A DNA stretch of 64,000 nucleotides from Verrucomicrobiota bacterium (GTDB taxonomy: Bacteria; Verrucomicrobiota; Verrucomicrobiia; Limisphaerales; CANJXF01), in contig JBBQRQ010000014.1 in NCBI GenBank assembly GCA_038214755.1, positions 1 through 64,000 of the forward strand. The letters run 5' to 3'. This document shows, one piece after another, positions 27,296-38,844 of this stretch (positions are counted from its first letter, which is position 1; each line of letters starts with the position of its first letter). Below the pieces are notes generated by a model. The model saw nothing but the letters and a program-made list of their open reading frames with translations. It did not search any database and was not told the DNA's origin. The position numbers were made by a program, and so were the translations under genes.

Positions 27296-28697
27296 TCGCC
27301 CCTTTGGCAAAGAGCACCACGGGAATCGTCCACCAAAGAATTTTCAGATCGAGCCAGAGCGACCAGTTGTCGATGTATTCCAAATCCAGGCGCACCCAGT
27401 CTTTGAAATTGGTGACGTTGTTGCGGCCTTTAATTTGCCAGAGACAAGTCAAGCCGGGCTTGACGCTAAGACGGCGGCGATGCGCGAGATCATCGAAACG
27501 ATTGACTTCTTCGACGGGCAGCGGCCGCGGGCCAACGAGGCTCATGTCCCCGCGCAACACGTTGAACAGTTGCGGAAATTCATCGATGCTCGACTTGCGC
27601 AGGATGCGGCCAATCGGCGTGATGCGCGGGTCGTTGGTGACTTTGAAAACCGGACCGGTCATTTCATTCATGGCCAGAATTTCGTGCTGACGCTGCTCGG
27701 CATTGGTGACCATCGAGCGGAATTTATACATCGTAAACGGATGGCCGTTCAACCCGCTGCGTTTTTGTCTAAATAAAATTGGACCGGGCGAAGTGAATTT
27801 TATGGCGAGCGCTGCGAACAAAAAAAACGGCGAGAAAACCACCAGTAGAACCATCGCTCCAATCAAATCCAGAAGTTGTTTGATAATCGCTTGCCCTGAA
27901 CTTTCCGGCCCAGAATGAAAAACTAAAACCGGCCAGCCATAAAAATCGTCGAAGCTCGTCCGGGAAATTTGCGTCTTAAAAAAATCCGCCACCAGCCAGG
28001 TTTCCACTCCTTCCAGTTCGCAGGCCAGAATCGCTTTTTCGACCTGGCCGAAAAACGTGTGCTTGGCGTTGATGATGACCCCGTTGGCCGAATGCTCGTG
28101 CAAAAATCTGAGCAAATCTTCGACCGTCGTTTCGTTCAAGTCGATTTGCCCGATGATCTCGACGTCGTTGGCAGATTTCTTTTTGATTTCGTTGCCGAGG
28201 CGAAAGGTATCTTCTCCGGCTCCGACCAGAATCAGCCGTCGTTTTAATTGGGCCTGGCCAAACTTGGTTTTGTAAATCCATCGAACCAATTCTTCTTTTC
28301 CAAAGACGAGCAGAAAACTAATCGGCCCGAACAGAAGAATGACTCCGCGCGGCGTGATGATTTGCGCCATGTAAAGAATCAGCACGATGCTGATCGTGGT
28401 GAAAACACAAGCTTTGAGCAAAATCCACGCGGTCAATCGATGTGAAGCCAGCGACGGCCGCTTGTAAAAACCCTGCAAGTCCAAAATCCAAAGTGAGATG
28501 AAGCCGATGACAAAATACATCCAGTCGTAGTCCGCGTTGATGTTGGAGGTGTCGGCCAGCAAATCGTAGCCGAAAACTTTTATGCCTCGGGGCGTCTGGG
28601 CGCGAATCCAATGGGCCAGCCAAAAAGCGATGGTGAAACATACCGCGTCCATCAACTGATGGATTTGCGTTCTGATCTGGCGGTCGCGGCGAAGCAT
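27291..28697 (-). CDS. Polyprenyl-phosphate sugar phosphotransferase (WcaJ-like)
   Basis: N-terminal TM helices; KFRSM, DPRIT, SIDEFPQLFNVL.G.MSLVGPRP, KPGLT. Confidence 0.93.
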   Translation of the reverse strand: MLRRDRQIRTQIHQLMDAVCFTIAFWLAHWIRAQTPRGIKVFGYDLLADTSNINADYDWMYFVIGFISLWILDLQGFYKRPSLASHRLTAWILLKACVFTTISIVLILYMAQIITPRGVILLFGPISFLLVFGKEELVRWIYKTKFGQAQLKRRLILVGAGEDTFRLGNEIKKKSANDVEIIGQIDLNETTVEDLLRFLHEHSANGVIINAKHTFFGQVEKAILACELEGVETWLVADFFKTQISRTSFDDFYGWPVLVFHSGPESSGQAIIKQLLDLIGAMVLLVVFSPFFLFAALAIKFTSPGPILFRQKRSGLNGHPFTMYKFRSMVTNAEQRQHEILAMNEMTGPVFKVTNDPRITPIGRILRKSSIDEFPQLFNVLRGDMSLVGPRPLPVEEVNRFDDLAHRRRLSVKPGLTCLWQIKGRNNVTNFKDWVRLDLEYIDNWSLWLDLKILWWTIPVVLFAKGAK

Positions 28698-28734
28698 ATT
28701 TTTTGTAACGGGCCTAGCAGTAACTTCCGTCGGC

Positions 28735-29560
28735 GAGAAAACTTTTCGCCATCGCGGGGTAGCATCTGCCTCTGGCGGGTGCGAAATGATTCATTGCGGC
28801 GTTCGTTTTTTTAAAGAAAAAAGAGGAGGTCGTCACGCACTCGCCAGAGGCAGATGCTACCCGGAATCTACGGAGCACGCCGGTGGCAAACCGGCGCTTG
28901 GATGGGTTGGCGGCTTCGTCGCGCCACTTCCTCTCGACCTTTTTCCTTTTTTGCCTGTGCAATGCTCTGCCGACGAACCCCGCATTTTCAAAAAAATCTT
29001 TCCCGTGAGGGAGCGCCGGATTGCAACCGGCGTTGAGTCGATGCGCCCGGATGAAGAGAAAACTTTTCGCCATCGCGGGGTAGCATCTGCCTCTGGCGGG
29101 TGCGAAATGATTCATTGCAGCGTTCGTTTTTTTAAAGAAAAAAGAGGAGGTCGTCACGCACCCGCCAGAGGCAGATGCTACCCGGAATCTACGGAGCACG
29201 CCGGTCGCGAACCGGCGTTCGGATGGGTTGGCGGCTTCGTCGCGCCACTTCCCCTCGACCTTTTTCCTTTTTTGCGTGTGCAATGCTCTGCCGACGAACC
29301 CCGCATTTTCAACAAAATCTTTCCCGTAGCGGAACGCCGGATTGCAACCGGCGTTGAGTCGATGCGCCCGGATGAAGAGAAAACTTTTCGCCATCGCGGG
29401 GTAGCATCTGCCTCTGGCGGGTGCGAAATGATTCATTGCGGCGTTCGTTTTTTTAAAGAAAAAAGAGGAGGTCGTCACGCACCCGCCAGAGGCAGATGCT
29501 ACCCGGAATCTACGGAGCACGCCGGTGGCGAACCGGCGTTTGGATGGGTTGGCGGCTTCG
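28735..29560. repeat. 321-bp tandem repeat, about 2.6 copies
   Basis: Units start at 28735, 29056 and 29377; each contains the GGGTAGCATCTGCC REP pair. Confidence 0.95.
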
Positions 29561-29641
29561 CCCCGCTGCGTCTTTGCGTTAAGAGTTTTCTGCATGGTGA
29601 CGGCTTAGTGAGATGCCATTTTAATTTTCAGCGCGGCGAGA

Positions 29642-30379
29642 TTATTCAGCGGTTTTCCCAGCCAACTGAAATTCCGGCGCGGACTGCGCAATAAATTTCT
29701 TCAACTGATTGAACGTCTCCTCTTCCCGACCGGGCGCGCACCATGAAAAATAACTGATGTAGGCCCATCGCTCCAACGTGCCGGTGCGCAAAAGGTTTTT
29801 GGCCATCGACCACATGCGTTCGTTGTGGTTCGCCGTAATTTTGTTATCGGCGACAAACCAATAAACATAAATACCTCGAACCAAGTGGGGGTTTCCGCCG
29901 TCGTCTTTGATGCGGATGCCAGCGGTCAATTTCATCGCCGGCAATTCGTAAGCGTAGGGACGTTCCATTTTCAGCTTCACCGTCTCGGTTTGATCGATGG
30001 TCCAGCCCTGCCCCACCAAACAAAATTCCGGTTTGTGCAGGCTGGTCCGGTCTTGTCCCATGAGCACGACATTCACATCGGCATTGCCTCCGTTGGGCGT
30101 CCAGTAACGGCGTTTCCCGAAAGTGGTGTCCTTTGGCAGCATGGATAACTCGAGGGTCGTCACGGGCGCCGGCATGGATAAATATCCGGGAATTTTCTCC
30201 GGCAAAATGACCGTGATTTCCGCGACACGATTGGTCTGCGTATCAAACAAGGGGGTGGGGCCAAGTTTTACGCCGGGCTTGCCCAGGTTTTGATGGCCTC
30301 TGAGGCGCCCTAAAAAAAGAGCGGTCGCTCCGATGAGAGCAATGGCGGTGAAAAATAAAATCGTGTTTAATTTTTTCAT
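29642..30379 (-). CDS. Exosortase-associated EpsI-family protein
   Basis: N-terminal TM, SLHKPEFCLVGQGW, YVYWF; follows the exosortase. Confidence 0.8.
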   Translation of the reverse strand: MKKLNTILFFTAIALIGATALFLGRLRGHQNLGKPGVKLGPTPLFDTQTNRVAEITVILPEKIPGYLSMPAPVTTLELSMLPKDTTFGKRRYWTPNGGNADVNVVLMGQDRTSLHKPEFCLVGQGWTIDQTETVKLKMERPYAYELPAMKLTAGIRIKDDGGNPHLVRGIYVYWFVADNKITANHNERMWSMAKNLLRTGTLERWAYISYFSWCAPGREEETFNQLKKFIAQSAPEFQLAGKTAE

Positions 30380-31365
30380 GTGGTGGGCGCGGGCAGTGGG
30401 TTTGCGGCAGGTTCGCGTTCGCGCAGCCAGGCGCCGATCAGCAGCATGGCAACAATCGCGACGGCATACGTTAAAAAGCCCGACCATTCGTGGATGAAGT
30501 CGCCGGTTTTTTGCCCGAAAGCTTCTGCGGCAACCACAATGCTGGTCAGGCGCAAAACATTGCTCGCCACTGCCAGCGGCACCGCCATGGCGAGCACCAA
30601 CAAACGTTTCCACGCCGTTTTGAAAGTCATCATTCCGTAAATCGTGGTCAGCGCCAGAAGCGAAATCAGACTGCGAATCCCGCTGCACGCTGCGGCGACA
30701 TCATAATTGTAAGCGCCATTGGCGTCGAAAAGCTGCGTGCCTTTTTTGATGACGGTCAATCCGAAAATTCCATGCGTGATGGCGTAAGTAATATTGGTGG
30801 CAAAGAGGCGCAGCGGGAAAGTGATCGTCTCGACATAGCCAGCCACTGGGATGGAGAAGACAAAAAGAACGAACGGGAAAAAAACTCCCTTCAGCCAGCC
30901 GACCCCCCAGGTCAATCCGACCAACCCGTAGATACCCAGGAACATTCCGCAGATGGACACACGCGGTTGTTGCACCAAAAATCCCAAGACGTGCAGCAAC
31001 AGGCCGAACGCCATCATCAACAGCCCCGGCCACCACATCCTTTGCGGAATCGCCAGCAACTCTTTTCTTTTCCACCAAAGTAAAACGAGGACGGCCGGCA
31101 GGATCAGGTTGCCGTGACCATCTTCGGAATTATTCGCATTGTAGATGTCAAACATCCAACCCATGAGGGAAGGAGTGTTGATATAACCCAAAGTGGAATT
31201 GCCGATGAAATGAAAGAGCGCGAGCCACGCCGCCAGGAGGCTGAAGAAAAATCCTTTGTTCGACAGAGCCTGCCAGCACGAGCGGAAGTCATCCAGAAAA
31301 CCGAGAGCGCTTTCAGGGTTTTTATTTACGACGGGCGCGGTTGTTATGGTTTCAGTATTCATCAA
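30376..31365 (-). CDS. Exosortase
   Basis: Multi-TM; VAAACSGIRS (Cys), NVLR (Arg), IHEW (His). Confidence 0.92.
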   Translation of the reverse strand: MMNTETITTAPVVNKNPESALGFLDDFRSCWQALSNKGFFFSLLAAWLALFHFIGNSTLGYINTPSLMGWMFDIYNANNSEDGHGNLILPAVLVLLWWKRKELLAIPQRMWWPGLLMMAFGLLLHVLGFLVQQPRVSICGMFLGIYGLVGLTWGVGWLKGVFFPFVLFVFSIPVAGYVETITFPLRLFATNITYAITHGIFGLTVIKKGTQLFDANGAYNYDVAAACSGIRSLISLLALTTIYGMMTFKTAWKRLLVLAMAVPLAVASNVLRLTSIVVAAEAFGQKTGDFIHEWSGFLTYAVAIVAMLLIGAWLREREPAANPLPAPTT

Positions 31366-31490
31366 TCAATCGGACAGCGAAAAGTTTCTCGTGCTCAACT
31401 GGGCCGCGAAAGAACGGCGGTTCAGCGCGGGAGATAATACAGGTTTTAACAATGAGTTCAACTATCTGTGAAAATCATTTCGGCAAATCT

Positions 31491-31815
31491 CGGAGCCGCC
31501 GATGAGAGGAGGCGGATTGCACACGCGTTTTACCCTGAAATCCGAAATCCGAAACCCGAAAGAAGCTCGAAATCCGAAGTCCGAAACCACGTTAGGGCCT
31601 CCAGCACGGCAAAGTGTTCCGTGACCTTCTTCGCTTGGCAACCAGCATTCGGACTTCGGTATTCGGATTTCTTTCGGCCTTCGGATTTCGAATTTCGGAT
31701 TTCGGGTTCATCATCCGCCTCCTCGCGTCGGCGGCTACGGGGCTTGGATAGGGCAGCGCTTCGAGTTGATCCGAATTTGCTTTTTCATCCGCGTCCAGCC
31801 GTGTTCATCTGTGGC
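31491..31815. repeat. REP pair enclosing inverted CCGAAAT/TTCGGAT heptamer arrays
   Basis: gccgccgatgagaggaggcggat ... atccgcctcctcgcgtcggcggctac, with heptamers inside. Confidence 0.8.
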
Positions 31816-31820
31816 TCAAA

Positions 31821-32573
31821 ATGAAAGCTGTTATTCTGGCCGCAGGCAAAGGCACGCGGATGCGCGAGCTGACCAACGAAATTCCCAAACCGATGTTGAA
31901 AGTTCAGGGCAAGCCGATTCTCGAACACATCATCAATGGGTTGATCACGGCGGGCATTCGCGAATTTTTCATCGTCACGGGATTCAAAGCGGAAACGATT
32001 GAAAATTATTTTGGCGACGGAAAAAAGTTGGGTGTGAAAATTTTTTACGGGCGACAAGTCGTTCAGGACGGCACGGGCAAAGCGCCGGAACTCGCGAAAG
32101 ATTTCGTGGGGGCGGATGATTTCGTTCTCACTTACGGCGACATTTTGGTGAGGCCGCAGACGTATCGGCAAATGTTGAAACGTTTCGGCCCAGGAAATTT
32201 TTCCGCGTTGGTCACGGCGACGGGGAGTCAGGATGTGACCAAAGGCGGGCTGATTTTTTTCGACAAAGATTTTTGTCTCACGCGCCTGGTGGAAAAACCG
32301 AGCGCCGCACAACTGGAAGAACTTCGCCGGGAAGGTTTGCTGAAACCCGGGGACACTGCCTGGTACAACGCCGGAATTTATATTTTTACCCCGGCGCTTT
32401 TCAACTTCATCGACAAGCTGCAAAAATCTCCGCGCGGCGAATATGAATTGACCGATGCCATCATCGCCATGCTCGACGCTGGAAAAAAAATTGCCGGCTT
32501 GGAAATCAAAGGCCGCTGGGTCGATGTGCGGGATCCCGAAGTTTTGGCGTCATTGGAAAAAGAAAGTTTATGA
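31821..32573 (+). CDS. Sugar-phosphate nucleotidyltransferase
   Basis: ILAAGKGTRM..PKPML, EKP, SPRGEYELTD. Confidence 0.9.
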   Translation: MKAVILAAGKGTRMRELTNEIPKPMLKVQGKPILEHIINGLITAGIREFFIVTGFKAETIENYFGDGKKLGVKIFYGRQVVQDGTGKAPELAKDFVGADDFVLTYGDILVRPQTYRQMLKRFGPGNFSALVTATGSQDVTKGGLIFFDKDFCLTRLVEKPSAAQLEELRREGLLKPGDTAWYNAGIYIFTPALFNFIDKLQKSPRGEYELTDAIIAMLDAGKKIAGLEIKGRWVDVRDPEVLASLEKESL

Positions 32574-32937
32574 AAGTACTGCCGACATTCTGTCCGCAGA
32601 TCGGAAGTGTTTCAAACGGACGACAGAATGTCCGCAGCACTTTTCGAAACAATTAAGGGCGTGGAAATTTTGAGTTGCCCGTCCGCAATATTTTCAAATT
32701 CCCACTGTGAAAACGGGAGAGGCCGAGCTCTCGACTACTGCCAAGGTTCAGGATAACCACGCGGAGTTTGCGTCAGAGAGATTTTATTTCTGGCTCGTCT
32801 CGATTTTCAAACCGCATTGGCAGAATCTCGCGAGGAAAATTTTTGTCTCAGCGTTATTTTTTAGTTCCTGGAGTTTCGCGGGACCCTGGCAATTATTCTT
32901 CGCACTGCACGTTGGTGGGAAAATGAATCCCGTGGTC

Positions 32938-33267
32938 CGGGGCGCATCTTGAGGGCGTGTTGCCCAAACCAATTCGGAGCGCGGACGTTCTCGTCCGCGC
33001 ATTTCAAGACAACAAAAACCTTAGCGTTTTTTCCCTCCCGATTCACGCGGACGAGAACTCCGCGCTCCTTTCCATTTGGGCAACACGCCCTCGACACAAT
33101 CACCCAACCGCCCGCGAGCGAGGAGTGGGTAGCGCAGTTTTTCAATCTGCCGTATCGCGGATTTCCAATCTGCAAACGCTCGAATGTTTCGCGCGATGTC
33201 GGTTAAAACCCGGCGATACGGCAGGTTGGAAACCTGCGCTACGGTGGCAGTGGCGAGATGCGCCCCG
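32938..33267. mobile_element. Nested MITE-like elements
   Basis: Outer TIR ggggcgcatct/agatgcgcccc; inner element gggcgtgttgcccaaa...tttgggcaacacgccc (about 32952-33090); REP pair 33128-33243. Confidence 0.75.
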
Positions 33268-33327
33268 TCGTCCGTTCCGTCGAAAAAGCAGATTGCACTT
33301 CGCCGTCGGTCAAACAACTATTTCCCC

Positions 33328-34857
33328 ATGTTAGCCAAGGTTTGCTCCGCTGCCGTCAATGGCATCGAAGCTTACCCCATCGAGGTGGAAGTCAACGCGG
33401 GCTGGGGCGAAACAATTATCGTCATCGTCGGTTTGCCAGATGCGGCAGTGAAAGAATCGCGCGACCGCGTCACGACTGCGCTAAACAATTCCGGTTTCAA
33501 ATTTCCGATGGGCCGCACGACGATCAACCTCGCTCCTGCCGACATCAAAAAAGAAGGGCCGAGTTTTGATTTGCCGATCGCGGTGGGAATGTTGGCCGCC
33601 AGCGAGCAAATCGAAACGGATCAACTCGATAATTTTATCATCGTGGGAGAACTCGCGCTGACCGGCGCGGTGCGACCTTGCAAAGGAGTTTTGCCCGTCG
33701 CGCTGCGCGCGCGTGCTGAGGGAAAAGCCGGGGTTCTCGTGCCTGCGGAAAACGCCCCGGAAGCGGCGGTGGTCGCGGGGTTGCAAGTCATCCCGATTCA
33801 AAATTTGCGCGAAGCAACGGATTTTCTCGAAGGCGCAATTAAAATTCCAGCGACGCGCGTTGATCTCGCGAAACTTTTTGAACACGTGACGGATGACGAA
33901 AATGATTTCGCCGATGTCAAAGGACAGGAATCGGTCAAGCGCGCCTTGGAAATCGCGGCGGCAGGCGGACACAATTTAATTTTGATCGGGCCGCCCGGCA
34001 CTGGAAAATCCATGCTGGCCAAACGGCTCACCACCATTTTGCCGCCGCTGACTTTGGATGAAGCGCTTGAGACGACGAAGATTCACAGTATCGTTGGCCT
34101 GCTGAAACCGGGTCAGGCGCTCGTCACCCAACGACCGTTCCGCGCGCCCCATCACACGGCGAGCGACGCCGGTTTGCTCGGTGGAAATATCAATCCGACT
34201 CCCGGCGAAATTTCTCTTGCGCATCACGGCGTTTTATTTCTCGACGAATTGCCGGAATTCAAACGCAGCGTTTTGGAAACCATGCGCCAGCCGCTCGAAG
34301 AAGGGATCGTCACCATTTCGCGCGCGGCAGGCACCATGACATTCCCCTCGCAATTCATGTTGATCGCCGCGATGAACCCAACGCCCGATGGAAAAATGCC
34401 GGGCGAGTCGCGCAGTTCCCCTCGTGAAATCCAAAATTATCTGGGTCGCATTTCCGGTCCGCTGCTCGACCGCATCGATTTGCACGTCGAAGTTCCCGCC
34501 GTGAAATTTCGCGAAATCTCCAGCAACGAACGCACCGGTGAAACTTCCGCGGAAATTCGCGCGCGCGTCATTTGCGCGCGAGAACGACAGCATCGCCGGT
34601 TCGCGGAAAAGAAAAGTGTGACGTGCAACGCGCGCATGGGTAGCCGCGAATTGAAAGCCTTTTGCGAAATCGACGAAGCAACCAAAGAACTTTTGAAATT
34701 TGCCATGAGCGATTTGAACTTGAGCGCTCGCGCCTACGACCGAATTTTAAAAGTCGCCCGCACGATCGCCGACCTGGCTGGTGCGGAAAACATTTCCAGC
34801 GAACACGTCTCCGAAGCCATTCAATATCGTTCCCTTGACCGTCAGTTGTGGACGTGA
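33328..34857 (+). CDS. comM: YifB/ComM Mg-chelatase-like AAA+ ATPase
   Basis: [50 protein letters not shown]. Confidence 0.93.
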   Translation: MLAKVCSAAVNGIEAYPIEVEVNAGWGETIIVIVGLPDAAVKESRDRVTTALNNSGFKFPMGRTTINLAPADIKKEGPSFDLPIAVGMLAASEQIETDQLDNFIIVGELALTGAVRPCKGVLPVALRARAEGKAGVLVPAENAPEAAVVAGLQVIPIQNLREATDFLEGAIKIPATRVDLAKLFEHVTDDENDFADVKGQESVKRALEIAAAGGHNLILIGPPGTGKSMLAKRLTTILPPLTLDEALETTKIHSIVGLLKPGQALVTQRPFRAPHHTASDAGLLGGNINPTPGEISLAHHGVLFLDELPEFKRSVLETMRQPLEEGIVTISRAAGTMTFPSQFMLIAAMNPTPDGKMPGESRSSPREIQNYLGRISGPLLDRIDLHVEVPAVKFREISSNERTGETSAEIRARVICARERQHRRFAEKKSVTCNARMGSRELKAFCEIDEATKELLKFAMSDLNLSARAYDRILKVARTIADLAGAENISSEHVSEAIQYRSLDRQLWT

Positions 34858-34882
34858 CGGCTTTCAGTATTTTCCTCAATTC

Positions 34883-37018
34883 CTAGACAATAAACTCAAT
34901 CCTTCGGCTCGATTCCATCTTGGTTTCAACATCTCGAATGAAAGCAGTCGCTTCGTGTTTTCCCGAAGCTGGATTTGGCAGATGGAATTCGTGAAAATAA
35001 TCCGCATACGTTGTCTCGCGCGGATGTTTCAACGCGACGAGTTTTGGGGAAACGTCCACACCGTCCACTACCAATTTTAAAAGTTCAGTAATGGGCTTTT
35101 TAGGCAGACCGTGGGCTGTATTTTCCCACGCGCAACGCACACGCAAGGTGATGCCTTGTTCAGGCCGCGCCGTTTCAAATTCATCTTTGGACGTGACGGC
35201 GACGATGGAGACCAGTGGACGTTGAATGTCGGGATTATCCCACCAACGCCAGTCGCGTTCGTGCTCACGCACAAAATGGATCACTTCCGAACTGCCGCCG
35301 TGCATCCAGGTTTTGAATCCACTCACCGCATCGTGACGAATCGCGGCGACCCAATTTTGTTCGAGAGCCTGGAGCCACTTTTCCCAGGTTGGCTCAGTGG
35401 CAAGAAAGACCGTTCGGAAACCGGTGGTCATATCGGCGAACCACCACGGCTCATCGCCATGCGCGTCCTGCAAAGCAACGAAGGGAATCTGTTCGCGGTA
35501 GCGTTGCAGGAATGGTTCGCTGTTGGTGAAATCGGGATTGCCAAAATGAAATGTGCTGATCGCTCCGTAACCGCCGCGTTGCAAAGAGTCATCAAGAAAC
35601 AGTCGCACGAGTTCCTCATTTTCACCGAACTGCCAGATGAGGCGACCCCCGGCTTTTTGCAGCGGAGCAAGGCGGCGTTCGCGAAACGCAGGCCACGAGA
35701 CAACGCCTTCTTTGGCGAGCGACGCGCCGAAATCGGCAGTGGCGGGAGCGATGAGATCGCTGGTGTGACTGTAAGTTCCCAGGCCGGGCACAGTCACCCA
35801 CGTTCCGTATTCTTCATTGGCCACGAAAAATTTCACCGGAACTTTTTGCGCGTCAGCAACCGTCTGCGCGCGGGCCATCCAACGCGGCGTTGCATTCTTT
35901 GCTCCCCAAAAATGAATGCGCAACGACCGGGCCAAATCCACGGCTTCGGCAGGGCTGCCTTTGCCGTGCGCTTCAATTTGCATGGAAAACACTTTTAGAT
36001 TTTTCGGCAAACGAGCGTTTTGCTGACGCCGCTTTGTGCGAACCGTGGACAACGAATGCAATTCGCCCAATGCGGACAGCGCATCAAGCGCGTAGTAAGT
36101 AGCCATCGGATTACTCAACCATCCCGGCCGGTCGCCCAAGCCGCCGTCGGCGTTGGCGAGTGAGCGCAAATATTCCACGCCAGCATCACGCTTGGCGGGA
36201 GCGGCCCCCAGTAACTCAAGCGCGCGAATCGCGGCCCTCGTGTAAGCGACATCATCCCAACCGGCAAATTCCGCGTTGGGCTGATAGGTGAAACCTCCGC
36301 TGGAAAGCTGACAGGCGCGGAGCCAATCGATGGTTTCTAATTTCTTTTCTTCCAGCCGACCGAGCACTTTCAAGGATTGCAGGCCGAACCACGTGTTGAT
36401 GACATGCCCATTGCCGCCATCGCTGGCCGGTGTGTTATTGAAGCTGCCATTCTTGCGACGATGCGCATTCAAGTAATTGACATATTCAATCAGGCCGCTC
36501 GTTTCCATCCCGAGCAGTTCACGACAAATGAAAACGGTCAATTCATGACCGAGAATCGGCTCGCCGTGTTGCTCATATTGTTTGAGATAGACGGCGGGTT
36601 TTTTCCAACCGAACACCTGTTCGCGAAAAGACGAGGCATCTTCTCCGAGCCAAATGAGACTTTGGATTTGCTGCCATTCAAATTCGCGATGTTCCTGTTC
36701 CAGTTTTTTCAACCGTCGCGGATGATGCGTCCGCACGAATTCCACCAACGCTTTTTTGCGCGGCGGAATTTGTTTCAACAAATGGTAGCAACCGATTACG
36801 GCAAACGCCGGGGTAAGATGCGACTGCTCCTGATCATGCCAGGCATAACCGCCGTCAGGACGCGCCAGCGATTCGAGATATTTCGTAACGGTCAACGGCC
36901 AGTTCGATTTTCCACTCTGAGAAAATGCGAGGTTCGGCCATGCGACGCCAACTCCGGCAACGGCGAATGTCTTGAGCATGGCGCGACGGCTTAATCGGAA
37001 ATGATCTGGAGAGTTCAC
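34883..37018 (-). CDS. Tat-exported prenyltransferase-repeat protein with C-terminal His-rich domain
   Basis: SRRAMLK signal; repeated DGG[YF] motifs; C-terminal EAHG, SH, DAHG. Confidence 0.7.
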   Translation of the reverse strand: MNSPDHFRLSRRAMLKTFAVAGVGVAWPNLAFSQSGKSNWPLTVTKYLESLARPDGGYAWHDQEQSHLTPAFAVIGCYHLLKQIPPRKKALVEFVRTHHPRRLKKLEQEHREFEWQQIQSLIWLGEDASSFREQVFGWKKPAVYLKQYEQHGEPILGHELTVFICRELLGMETSGLIEYVNYLNAHRRKNGSFNNTPASDGGNGHVINTWFGLQSLKVLGRLEEKKLETIDWLRACQLSSGGFTYQPNAEFAGWDDVAYTRAAIRALELLGAAPAKRDAGVEYLRSLANADGGLGDRPGWLSNPMATYYALDALSALGELHSLSTVRTKRRQQNARLPKNLKVFSMQIEAHGKGSPAEAVDLARSLRIHFWGAKNATPRWMARAQTVADAQKVPVKFFVANEEYGTWVTVPGLGTYSHTSDLIAPATADFGASLAKEGVVSWPAFRERRLAPLQKAGGRLIWQFGENEELVRLFLDDSLQRGGYGAISTFHFGNPDFTNSEPFLQRYREQIPFVALQDAHGDEPWWFADMTTGFRTVFLATEPTWEKWLQALEQNWVAAIRHDAVSGFKTWMHGGSSEVIHFVREHERDWRWWDNPDIQRPLVSIVAVTSKDEFETARPEQGITLRVRCAWENTAHGLPKKPITELLKLVVDGVDVSPKLVALKHPRETTYADYFHEFHLPNPASGKHEATAFIRDVETKMESSRRIEFIV

Positions 37019-37034
37019 GACAAAGCGGATTCAA

Positions 37035-38660
37035 TTAGAACGCCATGGTTCTAAACAGAGTTCCACAAACGTTCACCTCAATTCCCAAGGCGCGAGCAAA
37101 CGCGGCTTTCGCAAAAAAACATTCATTCGCAGTTTTGGCGTCGTTTGCATAGACGACCTGGATGTGATTGGCCTGATGCTTGGCCATGAGTTGATCGCGC
37201 GTCACTCCATAAGTAATCGCGTGCATGATCGGCCATTGCGGCGTGGTATTTTTCCAGCGACGTACGGTTTCTTCTTTTGGCAACGCCACGACTCCACCGC
37301 GCCCGATGTCCATGTGCAGCGATTCATCTTCGACGTAAATGCGCGACCAAATAATTTCGCCGGGTTTGGAAATGCCGCGCAGAGTTGAACCGCCGTTGGG
37401 AAAATACATCGCCGGTTGACGATGGCCTTCCGCACCGCACCAACCTCCGATGAAATGCGCGGGAGGCGCGGCGCCGCTGATGAGAAAGGTCCAAACGAAA
37501 TTCTCGCCAAACATTTCGCCCCAACGAATGTCGTGCAGCGTGTTCTCAACTGGTTGGCCCAGCGCGCGGTGAACGCGGTAAGTCAGCAAGCCGTCGAGAC
37601 CGGCGCATTCATCCACTTCGTTAAAATGGATCAACGGTTGGCCGCGAAATAAAATTCGTTTGCCGTCGCGCGAACGGACGGGCGGACGTTCGGAATTATT
37701 CAACATTCCCTCGACGAGATCACTGGCGGGCAACAAATCTTTCAGCCCTTGCTGATATTGAATGCCGATAGCGTCACAACCGAAATCATCCGCGAGCCGC
37801 ACGGCCGCGAGATACATTTTGCACTGGAGCCGGACTTGTTCGCGCGTGAAGCCGGTCGCGTGTTTCGCGCCGAAAAAAAATTTCATTCCACGTTTTGTCA
37901 GCCACTCAAAAACTTCATCCGCTTCGGTGTCGCTGGTCTCAATCGTTTCATGAAAAAGCGCGGATTGGCTCAAACGTTCTTTGAAAACTCCGCAAGCGTG
38001 AAGAGCGTGGTCGGGAATAATGGCGTTAAACATTCCCATGCACCCTTCATCGAACACGCCGAGAATCGCTTTCTCGCGGCGAAGTTCTGCGGCCAGTTTT
38101 TCGCCAAGTTTCGCGGCTTTGGTTGGAAGTTTAATTTTGTTCAGCGAACGAACGTGCGAAAAGTCGTGAGTGATTTTTCCACTCTTTAACCATTGCCGAA
38201 GTTTCGTCAGAAAAAAATCGTCCGTGAAATTTTCGCTCCACAAAGTTGAGTAACGCACTCCCGCTTTGGTCAGAGAACCGTTCAAGTTCAACATGCCCAC
38301 CAGTCCGGGCCATTGGCCGCTCCAGTTGGCGACGGTGAGAATCGGCCCGCGATGCGTCGTCAATCCGGCCAGAACGTGATGCGAATATTGCCACACCGCC
38401 TCGGCGATAATGAGCGGCGCGTCGGCGTCAATATTGCGGAACACTTCCATTCCTTCGCGCTGACTGGCGATGAATCCATGTTTCTCTTTCGCTTTGAAAG
38501 AATGCGCGCGAATGATTTTGAAACCTTCTGCATTCAGCGCAGCGGCGAGTGCTTTTTCCATCGCCGCCTGCGCTGGCCAACAAACCTGATTCGCGGAAAG
38601 CCGCAAGTCACCACTGGCAACCAGTTGAATGGTTTTTTTTAAAAAAGATTTGGACGACAT
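37035..38660 (-). CDS. L-fucose/L-arabinose isomerase-family protein
   Basis: SGDLR.SAN..CW, WPGLVG, FNEVDE, TLHDIRW, NHIQV. Confidence 0.8.
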   Translation of the reverse strand: MSSKSFLKKTIQLVASGDLRLSANQVCWPAQAAMEKALAAALNAEGFKIIRAHSFKAKEKHGFIASQREGMEVFRNIDADAPLIIAEAVWQYSHHVLAGLTTHRGPILTVANWSGQWPGLVGMLNLNGSLTKAGVRYSTLWSENFTDDFFLTKLRQWLKSGKITHDFSHVRSLNKIKLPTKAAKLGEKLAAELRREKAILGVFDEGCMGMFNAIIPDHALHACGVFKERLSQSALFHETIETSDTEADEVFEWLTKRGMKFFFGAKHATGFTREQVRLQCKMYLAAVRLADDFGCDAIGIQYQQGLKDLLPASDLVEGMLNNSERPPVRSRDGKRILFRGQPLIHFNEVDECAGLDGLLTYRVHRALGQPVENTLHDIRWGEMFGENFVWTFLISGAAPPAHFIGGWCGAEGHRQPAMYFPNGGSTLRGISKPGEIIWSRIYVEDESLHMDIGRGGVVALPKEETVRRWKNTTPQWPIMHAITYGVTRDQLMAKHQANHIQVVYANDAKTANECFFAKAAFARALGIEVNVCGTLFRTMAF

Positions 38661-38844
38661 GTCAGAATTCTTGTCGCGAGATTTTTTTTGGGAAGATTTA
38701 TTATCAGCTAGATCACGGCGCATCAAAATTCTTTTCCCGCTGATAAGCCTTCTTCTTAATCACAAGTCATTTCATTTTTCGGAAAATCCAAGGTCGGCAT
38801 AATTTGTATAGACTGCCAGCAGATTTACCGTCAATCTGCTGGCG

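Noticed and set aside
28714..29694. 293-aa and 302-aa repeat ORFs
   Set aside because: Explained by an in-frame 321-bp non-coding repeat.
32707..32952. 81-aa ORF upstream of the nested MITE
   Set aside because: No recognisable motif; it ends in repeat DNA.
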